A stretch of DNA of 64,000 nucleotides from a virus, in IMG/VR virus record IMGVR_UViG_3300013132_006127, one strand, 5' to 3'. The notes under the pieces were generated by a model. That model ran no database searches. It was not told where the DNA came from and saw only the letters and a program-made list of their open reading frames with translations. The first letter of the stretch is position 1. Each line of letters opens with the position of its first letter. The position numbers were made by a program, and so were the translations under genes. Of this stretch, positions 18,401 through 29,105 are shown piece by piece.

Positions 18401-21400
18401 ATTGAAAGAAGTTGGTTTATTGATAGAAATGGATTTAATTGGAGATATCCTTCTTTTTCTGTTTTTCAAGGAGCAATCGGATTAGGAACAACAAATACTG
18501 ATCCTAACTCAATTTATTTCGGACACGTAGATCATGGATTTAAGTTATTTGATTTGGGAGGCCGTCAAGACACCATAGTGTCGGAAATTATAGATCCGTT
18601 CACCGTTCCTCCAACTAGAATCAATGTCAACAAAGAAATTGTAGGTAGGAATTCTTTTAGAAGAGGTATCTTATTTAATTCTAAATTCCAGTCTGATACT
18701 GCTGTTGGAGTAATGGGAACATCTGAGGTTAGCGAACCGGCTATTCTTATCATACCTAGTTCTGAAAATAGGGTAGGTATAAACACATCTACTCCTCAAA
18801 ATACTTTGGATGTCGTTGGCTCTACTAGAACCACAACATTATTAGCTACTTCAGGAACTATTAATTTTCTATCAATTCCTAATAATGCTTCCGCAGGATA
18901 CTTTTTAACTAGTAAAAATGAGAACGGAGAGGTTGAGTGGAAATCTGGACTAAAGATCGATTTTCAAGGATTGCCCGGAACATTAATGTATTGGAGCGGA
19001 TCAAATCTTACTGATGGTAAAATACAGCCGATGTCTCAGTTGGTTAGGTCGGTGGTAGATGCCTCCACTGTACCACTTAATCAAGTAATATACAATCCTT
19101 CTGGATGCGTTATAGCTAGAAGCGGCTTAGTATTTGATCAATATTTATGGTGTGACAAATATGCTGTAATGTCTTTGGATGGATTAAGAAGAAATGTTCT
19201 AGCTGAAGTTCTAACAGAATTAGAAAAAAGCGCGGATGTCAATCCTTATAAATTAGAATATGCAAATAAGTTATTAGCATTGGGAAGAGAAGAGAGACGT
19301 AACCCAGAAAGCTACTACGTTCCTTTCTCAGCAAATGTGCTTTACTTCGTTCCAGAATTGATTACTAAAGAATATAAAAGCATCGGAGGAACTGCTGATT
19401 CTACATACGACAGAATATTAGCTTCAGCTGGATATAATAAAGAAGGCGTATTTGCAATTGGTCGTAGAAAAAATTCTATGCCTTCTCCTCTTAACGATAA
19501 TATAGAGGAAACAGATATAGGAGGATCGTTTGCTGCCGCCTCACTACCAAATGGTATGGTAGCTCCACAGTATATGTTGTCCACTATTCCAAAGAAAAAT
19601 ACAAGACAAAAGAAAATTCATTATCGTTTTAATAAAGACGAAATGACATTCTATACCGAGCAGTTACATGCTTCTAGTGCTGTAATAGATACAGAATTGG
19701 CTACATATCTTAGGCCAATGGAAACTCAAAACGATATTAAGGGATGGTGGGATGAGAGAGGGGCTCCAGACGATGCTGCCAAAGTGCCCGGAGGAGACAC
19801 AGATTTAGATAGAGCAGTGCCAACAGCATTCAATATGGGTCTACAAGAAACAGACTTTATTATTTATGGTACAGGTTCAAAGTATAGGACAGCTGATAGT
19901 GTAGATGTGCCGAAATTCACAATAGGTTCTGAATCGGATTATAAAGTTTGGAAGCTAGACCCAGACGCTGTACCAATTGATATTCCGTGTGTAACAAAAG
20001 TTCCCGCATTTTACTATAATGCTTCTATAAACAGCTTTATGTTACATACTATGAAACCAAGCTGGATACCGGTTCCAATTCCAGGAGACGAGTGCCAACC
20101 CTGTAATCCAAAAGAGAGTGGTGTTTGGTTTGCGGATCTAACAGTTAGAGGCTGGATAGGTACTAGCGGCATTCGCATAGGTACTGGATTAACTAGACAA
20201 GTCGAAGTAGATCCACAAGACGCTACAAAAGTAAGAGAAATGGTTGATGAAAAAGGTAGACCTTTATTTAGATCTACTAGAGGTATGTATCTAAGGTCTG
20301 ATGCTTATGGTTTTGCTGTTTGGGATGAGGGTCCAGACGGCGTTAGTCGTTCATCTAATGATATCATTACTGTACCTAAGAGCGTTGATACAACACTTGT
20401 AGAGGGATCATTAGACCCATTAATCGATATAGCTAATTTCCCAGTCGAAACTAATGATATACTAACATCAGCTAGATTAATTAGGGATACCTTAAATGTT
20501 AGATCAGATGCCGAATCTATCTCCAATTCTTTTAGAATAAGAGGTATAACGAGAAACACCCTCCTATTTGCACAAAATCCCGCGCCCAACACATACTATA
20601 GAACTGGAAAAACTAACAAGTTTAATGAGCCTCCTTATCAAAATGATAACAATTCTATTAATGAATCAACTATAGACGGTACCGAAAATGTATTTTACTA
20701 TGGTTATAGTAATGCATTAGCTGGATTGTTATTATACAATAACTCTTTACAAAAAACAGAAGTTTGGATAGATGGAGATGCGACAAAAAGAGTTAGCATG
20801 GGAGATATTGTTAGAATAGTAATTTATTACAAACCTGATAATCATATCGAAGGACAGCCATATCCTCAGAAAATTGTTAAAGTTAGAGTATTGGGTGTTA
20901 ATGCTGTTTGGTTATCTGGTCAAAAAACCACAACAGAAAAAACATTACAGACTCAGATAGTATTAAGCGAAAAACTAGAAATAGATCAGTCTACATATTC
21001 TTTAGATGCTAGTAATCAGTTGAGACAAGTCGCTATTATGTCTGAGGGAGTAGGAGGTTATATTACCTTCAATTTCCCAGGAACAACGCCAGAATTAGTA
21101 TTGAGTAATAGAGACGGAGTACCTAATCTATTTAATACTTCTGGAAAGAGAATAGACTTCGCTGTTTATGGAGGTTTCAAAGTTAATAGACCAGATCCTT
21201 CGTTCTTAGTTGATAGTATAAATAGAACAGTGAGTATTAATACTTCTAAGTCTGCTATTTATGGAGCTTATAATAAAAATATTACTTTTAACAGTTCTTT
21301 ATTATCAGATTATAAATCAGACATTAATAGTCCTATTTATTACGATTATGGATGGCAAGAAAAGTATTTATTGGGTAAAGTAGAAGAAACATCGTCTCTA

Positions 21401-22168
21401 TTGAGATTAACAGGGTCGGCTATTCCATTATCAATAGATTTTATGGTTGGAGACGTAATTGAAATTATATATGATAACACTCAAAAAATTCTTGGACAGA
21501 TTGTTACTAAAACCATCCCCACCTCTACTCAGGGCGCACCAGTAGAGTGGGATATTAGAGTATCATTGACGGCTGTTAATCCGGGTCTTGTTGATGATAG
21601 AATCGGAAACATCCAGAGAGTCAAAGACAATAAAGGTATAGAAACCACAGGTATTGTGAATAACAATATTAAGGTTAAAGTTATCAAAAGACAGCTAGGT
21701 TTATCTACAGTTGATGGTCAAAATAATACAACGTTAACAAAAGCCGAAGGTAATATTCCTCTAGCAGCCTCACTTTCTGTAAAGGGTCTAACATATACCG
21801 ACGGATTGATGTTATCAAATATAGATAATCTTGGTAATGTTGTGATTCCTCATAATTCAGTTCTATATAATCGTCACGGTATGGTTTTTGGAAGTAATTT
21901 AAGATTCTTTACTTATGATGATTTATTGGTTGACAATAAAAAGAATCAACACTTACTATATAATACCGATACGCCTGCTGTAATTGGTTCAGGAGCGGTT
22001 TCGTCAAAAATCAATGGTAATGTACCAATTTTTGCAGATACAACTATTCAGGGCTCCACAAAAATTGAAAACTTGTATATTGATACATTAAATAGCTTTG
22101 ATACTATTGATGGAGGATTGGTTGTTTTTGGAGGTACTTGTAGTGGCGCGAATCTACAATGTTCGTAA
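15446..22168 (+). CDS. Large tail fibre/spike-like protein with beta-helical (IG-x-x-N) repeats, 2240 aa
   Basis: Long run of ~14-aa xIGxxN repeats resembling YadA-head/beta-roll repeats. Fibre motif RVGINTSTPQNTLDVVG. Lies directly downstream of the TMP. Confidence 0.7.
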   Translation: MAEIQPNLFWSSGNNSLIIGNSGSYTNPIDASVVLGATQIASSGLYPLKISLNQGNFFILTKDGKVAINTPSFPVYESSPNFHMVGRCAVFEGNCGAGGVALTLYNNPDVVPQVGSIAGSLNLSARNNNRNVVNFAQVQSKILNPLKGQTRGQFVVNVESSGVSKSILKLDDSVNQIGINNVDNATYTSVLGSGNSLSYVNNSKVIGDGNFANRSNNLYLLGSDNSIDLIKNSVVYVLGYDVGESPLLGMPSDLNWGPNDDLAQGDIVKIENNALLNGYYVANTGIWTKIDDTVAVAYIGTSNILIGSENALSGNNVIAIGNSSSVSGNNIFMFGSYNNVKTQKLTGILSSGSSDIENSFILGSYNSIDASGTIVFGSHNASSGVSAIVLNGSHNTIASGSISSVVLGDNNIVNSVSGIVLGSNNLGSIDLTSLLGFNNNIVLSSGNILGSYNRVSGVNNNIIGNSLNVTGSQISAIGSNLSASGNNNLIFGNQQNLLSNSGIFIGNHGSISGNNNIDIGSHILSSGSHSIITGNNNKTEDVLKINLYGHNNILRSGTYIDANVIGQNNIISSGIQNINVVGDNNKLDNIFDLTVQPVEAFYDSEYSVLTDLTNSNLFRVGDRVSLRDSDEIFVIENKIPPSNDQSSQFTIEFQNPIPSSLLNQTLYIKSQTLQDEITYNYSNPNTIIGNTNTIIGMSGLIIGNLNKASGNMITNISSSSNITGNNVINIGSKLVSSSGNNIINIGHNFKGITNDLTNIGFNNTNEYQFSSILGSDNFVINGDVIGSGNRVYDRNTSIVGDSNTIIGYGKFFNTNDSLIFSSGSYDSSLDAIVLSQNAARFYPTDGRVVNSQKLIVQLAISGTYLPAFSGYATFVRGDQMYFAEKGPNYGTTLNPLFDTFNPVPLQNFVKALFPTSAIPDNIDAFVYPITDENKVVIGDENFITEGRYLGVFGNNNKYGTDVNSNRFEIGSTTSYSGIVIGHNNTIERSWFIDRNGFNWRYPSFSVFQGAIGLGTTNTDPNSIYFGHVDHGFKLFDLGGRQDTIVSEIIDPFTVPPTRINVNKEIVGRNSFRRGILFNSKFQSDTAVGVMGTSEVSEPAILIIPSSENRVGINTSTPQNTLDVVGSTRTTTLLATSGTINFLSIPNNASAGYFLTSKNENGEVEWKSGLKIDFQGLPGTLMYWSGSNLTDGKIQPMSQLVRSVVDASTVPLNQVIYNPSGCVIARSGLVFDQYLWCDKYAVMSLDGLRRNVLAEVLTELEKSADVNPYKLEYANKLLALGREERRNPESYYVPFSANVLYFVPELITKEYKSIGGTADSTYDRILASAGYNKEGVFAIGRRKNSMPSPLNDNIEETDIGGSFAAASLPNGMVAPQYMLSTIPKKNTRQKKIHYRFNKDEMTFYTEQLHASSAVIDTELATYLRPMETQNDIKGWWDERGAPDDAAKVPGGDTDLDRAVPTAFNMGLQETDFIIYGTGSKYRTADSVDVPKFTIGSESDYKVWKLDPDAVPIDIPCVTKVPAFYYNASINSFMLHTMKPSWIPVPIPGDECQPCNPKESGVWFADLTVRGWIGTSGIRIGTGLTRQVEVDPQDATKVREMVDEKGRPLFRSTRGMYLRSDAYGFAVWDEGPDGVSRSSNDIITVPKSVDTTLVEGSLDPLIDIANFPVETNDILTSARLIRDTLNVRSDAESISNSFRIRGITRNTLLFAQNPAPNTYYRTGKTNKFNEPPYQNDNNSINESTIDGTENVFYYGYSNALAGLLLYNNSLQKTEVWIDGDATKRVSMGDIVRIVIYYKPDNHIEGQPYPQKIVKVRVLGVNAVWLSGQKTTTEKTLQTQIVLSEKLEIDQSTYSLDASNQLRQVAIMSEGVGGYITFNFPGTTPELVLSNRDGVPNLFNTSGKRIDFAVYGGFKVNRPDPSFLVDSINRTVSINTSKSAIYGAYNKNITFNSSLLSDYKSDINSPIYYDYGWQEKYLLGKVEETSSLLRLTGSAIPLSIDFMVGDVIEIIYDNTQKILGQIVTKTIPTSTQGAPVEWDIRVSLTAVNPGLVDDRIGNIQRVKDNKGIETTGIVNNNIKVKVIKRQLGLSTVDGQNNTTLTKAEGNIPLAASLSVKGLTYTDGLMLSNIDNLGNVVIPHNSVLYNRHGMVFGSNLRFFTYDDLLVDNKKNQHLLYNTDTPAVIGSGAVSSKINGNVPIFADTTIQGSTKIENLYIDTLNSFDTIDGGLVVFGGTCSGANLQCS

Positions 22169-22177
22169 TTGGCTAAT

Positions 22178-22189
22178 GGTGTAATTTAA
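22178..22189 (+). promoter_or_regulatory. Candidate phage (late) promoter motif GGTGTAWWTTAA
   Basis: ggtgtaatttaa, 10/12 identical to 35386-35397. The two copies lie in the two longest intergenic gaps of the + strand block, 32-36 nt before the ATG. Confidence 0.5.
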
Positions 22190-22225
22190 GTATATACTCA
22201 ATCAAAATTACTGGGAGTTCTGTAA

Positions 22226-22903
22226 ATGGGATGGCCATCTGACGAAAAACAACCTATATGGAGCAATCTGGATCCTGGAACAGTACACGTTTTAGGGCCT
22301 CAACCACCCATAGTAAATCCTGTACCAGACGAGAATGATACTAATTTTAAACAATTAGCTCAAAATTTCGTTAAAAAACCTAACAGGATACTACTTAAAA
22401 GAGATCAGACAACAACCAATCATCCGTGTCCCAACGATCTGGCTGTTGGAGAGATAGTTTTAAATGCTGTTACAGGAAATTTATATACTAAATTAGTTAC
22501 AGGAAGAATAGTTATGTATAAACCAAGTCCAGTTTGTGATCTAAACCAAGTTTCTATGGATTATTCCACCTCATTATCTATTCCAGAAACATGCGAAGAT
22601 ATATGCTCTGTATCTGGTCATGGAATATCTTTTACGTCCGGAGCCAGAAATTCTTTGAGATTTAATCCTGTTACTCCAAATGAGGGCTTACCAAAAGCAT
22701 TTAATATTTCTTATGTATCAGCAGGTAATGAGATTCTAATAGCCAGAATGTCCGCTATCAGTGATTATAAACCATCCATGTCCTTTGAATTGTTGTATTA
22801 TCAGAATCTCAATTCGACCAATTTCTTACCACTCACTGCTAAATTTGAATCAGGATTGTATCCAAATGGTAATTTAGGTTCTATTAAAGTAGAAGTATTA
22901 TAA
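22226..22903 (+). CDS. Small tail-fibre/adaptor protein with Mtd_N/hyaluronidase-N-like domain
   Basis: RILLKRDQTTTNHPCPNDLAVGEIVLNAVTGNLYTK matches the I-x-LKR..P..L..GE..N..G.L.xK fibre N-terminal motif. Confidence 0.6.
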   Translation: MGWPSDEKQPIWSNLDPGTVHVLGPQPPIVNPVPDENDTNFKQLAQNFVKKPNRILLKRDQTTTNHPCPNDLAVGEIVLNAVTGNLYTKLVTGRIVMYKPSPVCDLNQVSMDYSTSLSIPETCEDICSVSGHGISFTSGARNSLRFNPVTPNEGLPKAFNISYVSAGNEILIARMSAISDYKPSMSFELLYYQNLNSTNFLPLTAKFESGLYPNGNLGSIKVEVL

Positions 22904-22905
22904 TT

Positions 22906-25900
22906 ATGCTAACAGTAGAAAAAATAACAAAACCTATTCAGATTATTCAATACCACGGAGACGAAGATCTTTTGTTGGTGCCGGACTATGTATCATCGTC
23001 TAATTTAGATTTAGAGGATTTAACTCTATCTTTACATAATAATGCTGTTGTTCTACTAACAGCCCAAGACAATATAATAGAAAACGGAATGTATAAATAT
23101 ACAGGAACATCTTTAGTTCCATATTATTTTTCATTTTTTCAAAACGTTAAAAAAATATATAAGGTTACTGAAGAATCTACATATTTAATATATAATGGTC
23201 CTACAGATAATTTTAATCAATTCTATACTATTTCAAAAAACGATGTTATAATTATTATTAATAAAGCCGAAGCACCACTTCCTTATGAGTGGTACTCTTA
23301 TAATAAGATTTATGATCCTAAAGTAAGATTTAATCAAGAAATTATACTAAATAACTTTTGTGCTCTTGGAACATCTTATAATGACAAAACGGATGAAATA
23401 ATACTTAATTTAAATAATTTATCAAGTTATCCAATAGTTCTCACATCAGAAGTTTATAACACTTTATCAGAATCAACCTATCATGTTATTACAGACATTA
23501 TTCAGTCTCCTGATATCGACTATAGGAATATTTTTCAATATGACTTAGAAGAAGGCGGCGACTACACAATAGATAGCAAAGGTAATCTTGTTATAAATCA
23601 GCAACTAGTTAGCGACGGATTAAACGGTCAGGGCAAGCTAAATAATTGGAGAATTTTATCGGCTGCTGACCCTAATTTCCTAAGCAATAACTATTTTTTG
23701 ATTAAGAGCTTAAATAAAACTAAACTATATTTTTATAACGCTACACTCAATAATCCCTATATAGAACTTACCCAAGACGTTGTTAAATATCCTTTTTCTG
23801 TAGAGGTGGATTCTGACAATATTGTTTATGAAAAAAGAAATTTAATTCAAAATAATATTATATCTATACCAGGAATATCTAGCTCTACTTATATTAATAG
23901 TGCTTTTTATATTCAAAAAACTGGTCCATATGAAGTTAGAGTTAGACTGTATGACGATAATCTAGTTTTACTTAGTGAGGATAGGTTCAAGTTTAGTACA
24001 AAACAATTGTTAAACCTACCCACCCCAACTCCAACACCAACTCCTTCGAGTAAAAAACACACAGTAGTTTTTGATGCTGGTCCTAGATTGGTAATAGATA
24101 ACTGCGAAGACTGTTATAAAGACTTTTTATCAGCTACAGTAACTAATATGTCTGAAGAATCTAGGTATTATTATGAATTTGGAGTTCATGCCTATGGCAA
24201 TGCTAATCCTGACGAGCCTAGAGATACAACGAATACTGATGATATCTCTTTTGTTACTAATAATGGCATTATAAATAATGGTAATACAACAGAAAATATT
24301 AGAACATTGATGACTACGGGGATTGGTAAAATAAGAACTACTTTATATATTAAAGTTATTAATTTAGATAATTATGTAACCTCTACATCATATCTAACTC
24401 TAGAGAAATGTGATAGAGATTTTTGCGCTACTACACCAACTCCAACAGCTTCTAAATCTTTAAAGTCATATCCTCCTAGAACTCCTACGAAAACAAAAAC
24501 TCCAACTCCAACCCAAACATCCACTTCTACTCCCACCCCAACCCCAACTCCAACTACACCTCTTACCCCTCCGGGAGAACCAACAGATCTAGTAGCCGTG
24601 GCTGGCAATACTTTAGTAAATCTATCTTGGGTTGCTCCGGCCGCTTCTATTATTAGAGACTATACGATTCAATATAGTTCTGATTCAGGATCGTCTTGGA
24701 CCACTTTTAACGATGGTACTAGCATTAATACCAGCGTAGTGGTTACAGGGTTGGTTAATGGCACTCCGTATCTCTTTAGGGTTGCCGCAACAAACGGGGC
24801 CGGATCCGGTTCATATGCAACAACATTATCACCAGTATCCCCAATCGCATCCCCTCCTGCTGCACCAACTGTTACTTCGGTTACTGGAGGCGATGCTCAA
24901 GCTTCTATCTCATGGACTGTGCCAAATAATGGAGGAGCAGCTATAACAGATTATCTTATTCAATATTCGAATAATGTTGGAGCTTCTTGGACAAATGTTA
25001 CTAGAGCGCCTTCAACATTAACAACCGCAACAATTACAGGTTTAACAAATGGTGTTTCTTATATTTTTAGAGTAGCAGCTGTTAATTCTGCCGGAACCGG
25101 CCAGTATAGCATAAATAGTGCCAGTACCATTCCAGCAACACTACCCGCAGCGCCAACGAGTTTATTTGCAAATTTATCTGGATTAAATATTAATTTATCT
25201 TGGACTGCCCCTAGTAACAATGGAGGAGCAACTATTACTGATTATGCGGTTCAGTATGCTTCTAGCTCTAGCTCGTATGCTACCTGGGTACAAGTAAACG
25301 ATGGGGTCTCTTCAGCTACTTCAGCAACAATTACAGGTTTAACTTTTGGACAGTCTTATATTTTTAGAGTAGCAGCTATAAATAGAGTTGGAGGTGGAGC
25401 CATTAGTTCATCAACATCTCCATTATTATTTGCGGCAGTACCTTCGGCTCCGTCTGCTGTTTCTGGTACTATAACTAGTAATAGTATAGACCTTTCATGG
25501 AGCACACCGCAATCTAATGGAAGTAATATTATTGACTATACCATCCAAATATCTAATGATAATGGTGTGTCTTGGTCAAATGTAAGCACCAATACCGTAT
25601 CTAATAGTATTAATATTGCTTCGCCAACTGTTGCTATTGGACCATCATATGTGTTTAGAGTTGCTGCTCGTAATAGTATAGGTTTAGGAGCATATACTAA
25701 TAGTTCTAGCATAATAATATATCCACAAGGAAGTTTATTATCTTGGGGAGATAATAGTAATAGTAATTTAGGAGACGGTTTTCGTACCAACAGATCTTTA
25801 CCAGCTCCATTAGGAATATCTTGGAGTCAAATATTTTTAGGAGGGGGCTTGTCGGATGAAACAATTATTGCTTTAACTACTGATGGTAAACTATATGGTT

Positions 25901-27897
25901 GGGGTAACAATGCTAATGGTTTAACCGGAATAGGCTCCGTCTCCGGCACTACATTTTCACCGACGAGAATAGGGAGCGCAAGTAACTGGACACAAGTTTT
26001 TATCGGAGATAGTCATGCTTTAGCTATAAATAGTAATGGGGAGTTATGGGGATGGGGATCTAATTGGGCTGGTCAATTAGGTAACGGCTCCACCTCCACT
26101 AGTGCTACACCTATGAGAATAGGAACCGCAAGTAATTGGGTAAAAGCCTCTGTTGGAACTACAGTTAGTGCAGCGATAAATAGTATTGGTGAATTATGGG
26201 TTGCTGGTACTGGCTTTTTTGGCACTGGCGCCGACAACCCCGTTGTTATACCTACATTTACCAAAATAACACCACCAACGGGTATAACTGGGTGGTCGGA
26301 TGTAACTATAGGAGGTCTTTTGGGTGGTACCTCCAAATATTATGACAATTTTATTGTTGCCATCTCTACAGATGGGAAGCTATTCGCCGCGGGCGTTAAC
26401 TCTTATGGACAGACTGGACTAGGTCTCAATAATAACTTAGTTACTACTTCATTTACCAGAATTGGCTCTTCTTCGAACTGGGTTAGAGCTGTATCAAGAT
26501 CATATGCAAACCATGTATTAGCTGTAAATAGTGCTGGACAATTGTGGGCGTGGGGACGAAACGATAACCGTCAATTGGGAGATGGAACAACAAATGTAAG
26601 AGCTACACCTATACAAGTAGGCTCATCTTCGAATTGGTTACCAAATTTTATTGTCACATCAATATATAGTAGTATGGCTATTAATAGTTTAGGAGAATTA
26701 TATGGTTGGGGATACAATAGTACGGGTCTTTTAGGAGATGGCACCTCGGCTGCCAAACCGGTAACAACAAGAATAGAAACATCTCAAAATTATAATAGTT
26801 TATCGATGTCGCCTTTTAGATTCTCTATGACCATTAAAAATAATACAATATACTATTCTGGACAATCAACTATAGGTGCTAGTACAAATAGTTTTACTCA
26901 ATATGGCTCTAATGTTAGTACTGTTAATGCTAATAATTTTACACAAATAGATAGTGGTTCTAATTTTGCTATAGCTACTAACAGTTCGGGGCAGCAGTTT
27001 TCATGGGGGGCAAATTCTTCGAACGTAGCGAATCAAGGTCCAAGACTATCTAGTGTTAACGGTATAAAGAAGATCGCTGCTGGATTCACTCACTATCTGG
27101 TTTTAGACACAGGTTCTAATTTATTTGTAGGAGGATCTTCTGGTTATCATCCTGCTTCTAGCAATTATATAAATTTAACCTCAGTTAGAATTAATTCTTC
27201 CACCACCTCTAGCATAATTACAAATGTGAAGAAAATAGCCGCAGGCGCTAATTGCTCATTTTATATAGATGTTAACGATAGAGCATATGCTGCTGGTCTT
27301 AATACTAATGGAGTTTTAGGTGTGGGTACAAACACCACCGCCGCCGTAGGTTTTGCAGCCTTATCCTTGGTAGGAGGAGTAGCATTATCTTGTAGAGACA
27401 TTTTTACTAGCACTGAAGGAACTAGTGCTGCTGCTATTACCACAAACGGTGAACTCTATACATGGGGTAATAATAATTTTGGACAATTAGGATTGGGGGA
27501 TACTACAAATAGAAACGCTCCTCTTAGAGTTGGTGCTCAGAATAATTGGACTAAAATAGCTATAGGTAATGAATTTATGATTGGTTTAAATAGCTTAGGT
27601 CAACTATGGGCCTGGGGTAATAATCTAAATGGACAGTTAGGAACAGAAGTAGGAGCATACTCATTCGTACCAGTAAGAATCGGCTCTGCATCTAATTGGA
27701 CAGATATAGCAGCTGGAGTTAATCATGCTCTAGCTATCAATTCCACAGGTCAATTATGGGCTTGGGGTAGTAATAATATTGGTCAATTAGGTGATGATAC
27801 ATTCGTTACAAGATATGTTCCTGTTAGAATAGGAGCATCTTATACATGGTTATCTATATCTGCTGGTGGTAATTTTAGTATAGGTATTATAGATTGA
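22906..27897 (+). CDS. Modular virion adhesin: N-terminal domains, PT linker, 4x fibronectin type III, RCC1/BLIP-II propellers
   Basis: Four Fn3 repeats (LSW..P...DY.IQ...Y.FRVAA.N..G.G; ~24568-25725). Many RCC1 repeats (G.LW.WG.N..GQLG; ~25726-27894). TPTPT linker at ~24430-24570. Confidence 0.88.
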   Translation: MLTVEKITKPIQIIQYHGDEDLLLVPDYVSSSNLDLEDLTLSLHNNAVVLLTAQDNIIENGMYKYTGTSLVPYYFSFFQNVKKIYKVTEESTYLIYNGPTDNFNQFYTISKNDVIIIINKAEAPLPYEWYSYNKIYDPKVRFNQEIILNNFCALGTSYNDKTDEIILNLNNLSSYPIVLTSEVYNTLSESTYHVITDIIQSPDIDYRNIFQYDLEEGGDYTIDSKGNLVINQQLVSDGLNGQGKLNNWRILSAADPNFLSNNYFLIKSLNKTKLYFYNATLNNPYIELTQDVVKYPFSVEVDSDNIVYEKRNLIQNNIISIPGISSSTYINSAFYIQKTGPYEVRVRLYDDNLVLLSEDRFKFSTKQLLNLPTPTPTPTPSSKKHTVVFDAGPRLVIDNCEDCYKDFLSATVTNMSEESRYYYEFGVHAYGNANPDEPRDTTNTDDISFVTNNGIINNGNTTENIRTLMTTGIGKIRTTLYIKVINLDNYVTSTSYLTLEKCDRDFCATTPTPTASKSLKSYPPRTPTKTKTPTPTQTSTSTPTPTPTPTTPLTPPGEPTDLVAVAGNTLVNLSWVAPAASIIRDYTIQYSSDSGSSWTTFNDGTSINTSVVVTGLVNGTPYLFRVAATNGAGSGSYATTLSPVSPIASPPAAPTVTSVTGGDAQASISWTVPNNGGAAITDYLIQYSNNVGASWTNVTRAPSTLTTATITGLTNGVSYIFRVAAVNSAGTGQYSINSASTIPATLPAAPTSLFANLSGLNINLSWTAPSNNGGATITDYAVQYASSSSSYATWVQVNDGVSSATSATITGLTFGQSYIFRVAAINRVGGGAISSSTSPLLFAAVPSAPSAVSGTITSNSIDLSWSTPQSNGSNIIDYTIQISNDNGVSWSNVSTNTVSNSINIASPTVAIGPSYVFRVAARNSIGLGAYTNSSSIIIYPQGSLLSWGDNSNSNLGDGFRTNRSLPAPLGISWSQIFLGGGLSDETIIALTTDGKLYGWGNNANGLTGIGSVSGTTFSPTRIGSASNWTQVFIGDSHALAINSNGELWGWGSNWAGQLGNGSTSTSATPMRIGTASNWVKASVGTTVSAAINSIGELWVAGTGFFGTGADNPVVIPTFTKITPPTGITGWSDVTIGGLLGGTSKYYDNFIVAISTDGKLFAAGVNSYGQTGLGLNNNLVTTSFTRIGSSSNWVRAVSRSYANHVLAVNSAGQLWAWGRNDNRQLGDGTTNVRATPIQVGSSSNWLPNFIVTSIYSSMAINSLGELYGWGYNSTGLLGDGTSAAKPVTTRIETSQNYNSLSMSPFRFSMTIKNNTIYYSGQSTIGASTNSFTQYGSNVSTVNANNFTQIDSGSNFAIATNSSGQQFSWGANSSNVANQGPRLSSVNGIKKIAAGFTHYLVLDTGSNLFVGGSSGYHPASSNYINLTSVRINSSTTSSIITNVKKIAAGANCSFYIDVNDRAYAAGLNTNGVLGVGTNTTAAVGFAALSLVGGVALSCRDIFTSTEGTSAAAITTNGELYTWGNNNFGQLGLGDTTNRNAPLRVGAQNNWTKIAIGNEFMIGLNSLGQLWAWGNNLNGQLGTEVGAYSFVPVRIGSASNWTDIAAGVNHALAINSTGQLWAWGSNNIGQLGDDTFVTRYVPVRIGASYTWLSISAGGNFSIGIID

Positions 27898-27907
27898 GAA
27901 TTAAATT

Positions 27908-29104
27908 ATGAAACAAATTATAAATCAAAATATACAACCAATTATATATAGTAATAAAACTTTTCCGCTTACATTTGCATATGTAATTGAGCAATCATCT
28001 ATATTGAACGCTAATCAACCTATACCGGATCCTGAAGACGGTAATATTGTCTCTAATCCGGACTTTTGTTTACCAAGAGGTTTGTCTATCAAGGTTCCAG
28101 GACCCGTAGTATCCACTCCTAAAACAGTATCTTCTATGAGTAGAGCAGGTACGGTTGTTACGGTTACTAGTACTAATCACGGTTTATCTACTGGTAATAA
28201 TATTGTTGTTAGTGGGGCTTCGCCATCAGCATATAACGGCTCGTTCTCTATTACTGTAACAGGATCTAATACTTTCACATATAGTGTGAGTTCTAGTGGT
28301 AACGATACTGCTAGCGGTAATATCATATTAAATGTAATATCACAGACTACTAGCAATTTAGCTATAGATAAAGATAGATTAGTTTGGATCACTGGCAAAG
28401 GAGCTTATTTAACTCAGGAGGGAGCATGGGTTCCTGTTCCAGAAGTAACAAATTTATTAAATAATAGTACAAAAATTTATACTACAGATGATAAGGGATC
28501 TTATTTAGTGTTTGATCCTAGCGATATTTCTGATCCTTTTAACCAGATCAAAAGATTAACTACTAATGAGGGATATCTTATTATATCCAACAAGGCTGGG
28601 CAAATACCCGATTATTTGTGGTATGAAACTATAGATCAGGATTTAGACAACTTTGATAAACCATCAGTTATGTTTATTTATAAGCAATGTAATTCAAATA
28701 TCGATGTTAAAAATAATCAAAAGAGCATAAAACTAGAACATATAGACGGAGCTTGTGATACTCATAAAAAAGCAGGGACCACACTCAAGATTAGGTTACA
28801 CTCTTTAAGAAAAGGCTTCAATTATAGATTAAGATTTAGTAGTTCTTTGGAAGCGAAGATATTATTTGAGAATGAAGAATTATATTATGGAAATAATCAA
28901 CTTTTAGAGATAGATATTAATAACAATATAGACATACTGAATAATTTGAACAATAATGTTTTGACTATATATGTACATTTATATGAAAATGACGTATTAG
29001 CATCTAATGATACCTTAAGTATATACATTAATTGTCCAGCTGCACCGTTAACAATAAATCCTCCTCTTATAAGGCCAAGATTCTACTTAGTCGGGGAGGA
29101 TTAG
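27908..29104 (+). CDS. Virion protein paralogous to the N-terminus of 22906, with an FCCH-like beta insert
   Basis: Shares KIY..T...YL.(F/Y)...D.FNQ...II.NK...Y.WY with 22906. Insert VTVTSTNHGLSTGNNIVVSGASPSAYNGSFSITVTGSNTFTY is a common phage tail module. Confidence 0.7.
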   Translation: MKQIINQNIQPIIYSNKTFPLTFAYVIEQSSILNANQPIPDPEDGNIVSNPDFCLPRGLSIKVPGPVVSTPKTVSSMSRAGTVVTVTSTNHGLSTGNNIVVSGASPSAYNGSFSITVTGSNTFTYSVSSSGNDTASGNIILNVISQTTSNLAIDKDRLVWITGKGAYLTQEGAWVPVPEVTNLLNNSTKIYTTDDKGSYLVFDPSDISDPFNQIKRLTTNEGYLIISNKAGQIPDYLWYETIDQDLDNFDKPSVMFIYKQCNSNIDVKNNQKSIKLEHIDGACDTHKKAGTTLKIRLHSLRKGFNYRLRFSSSLEAKILFENEELYYGNNQLLEIDINNNIDILNNLNNNVLTIYVHLYENDVLASNDTLSIYINCPAAPLTINPPLIRPRFYLVGED

Positions 29105-29105
29105 G

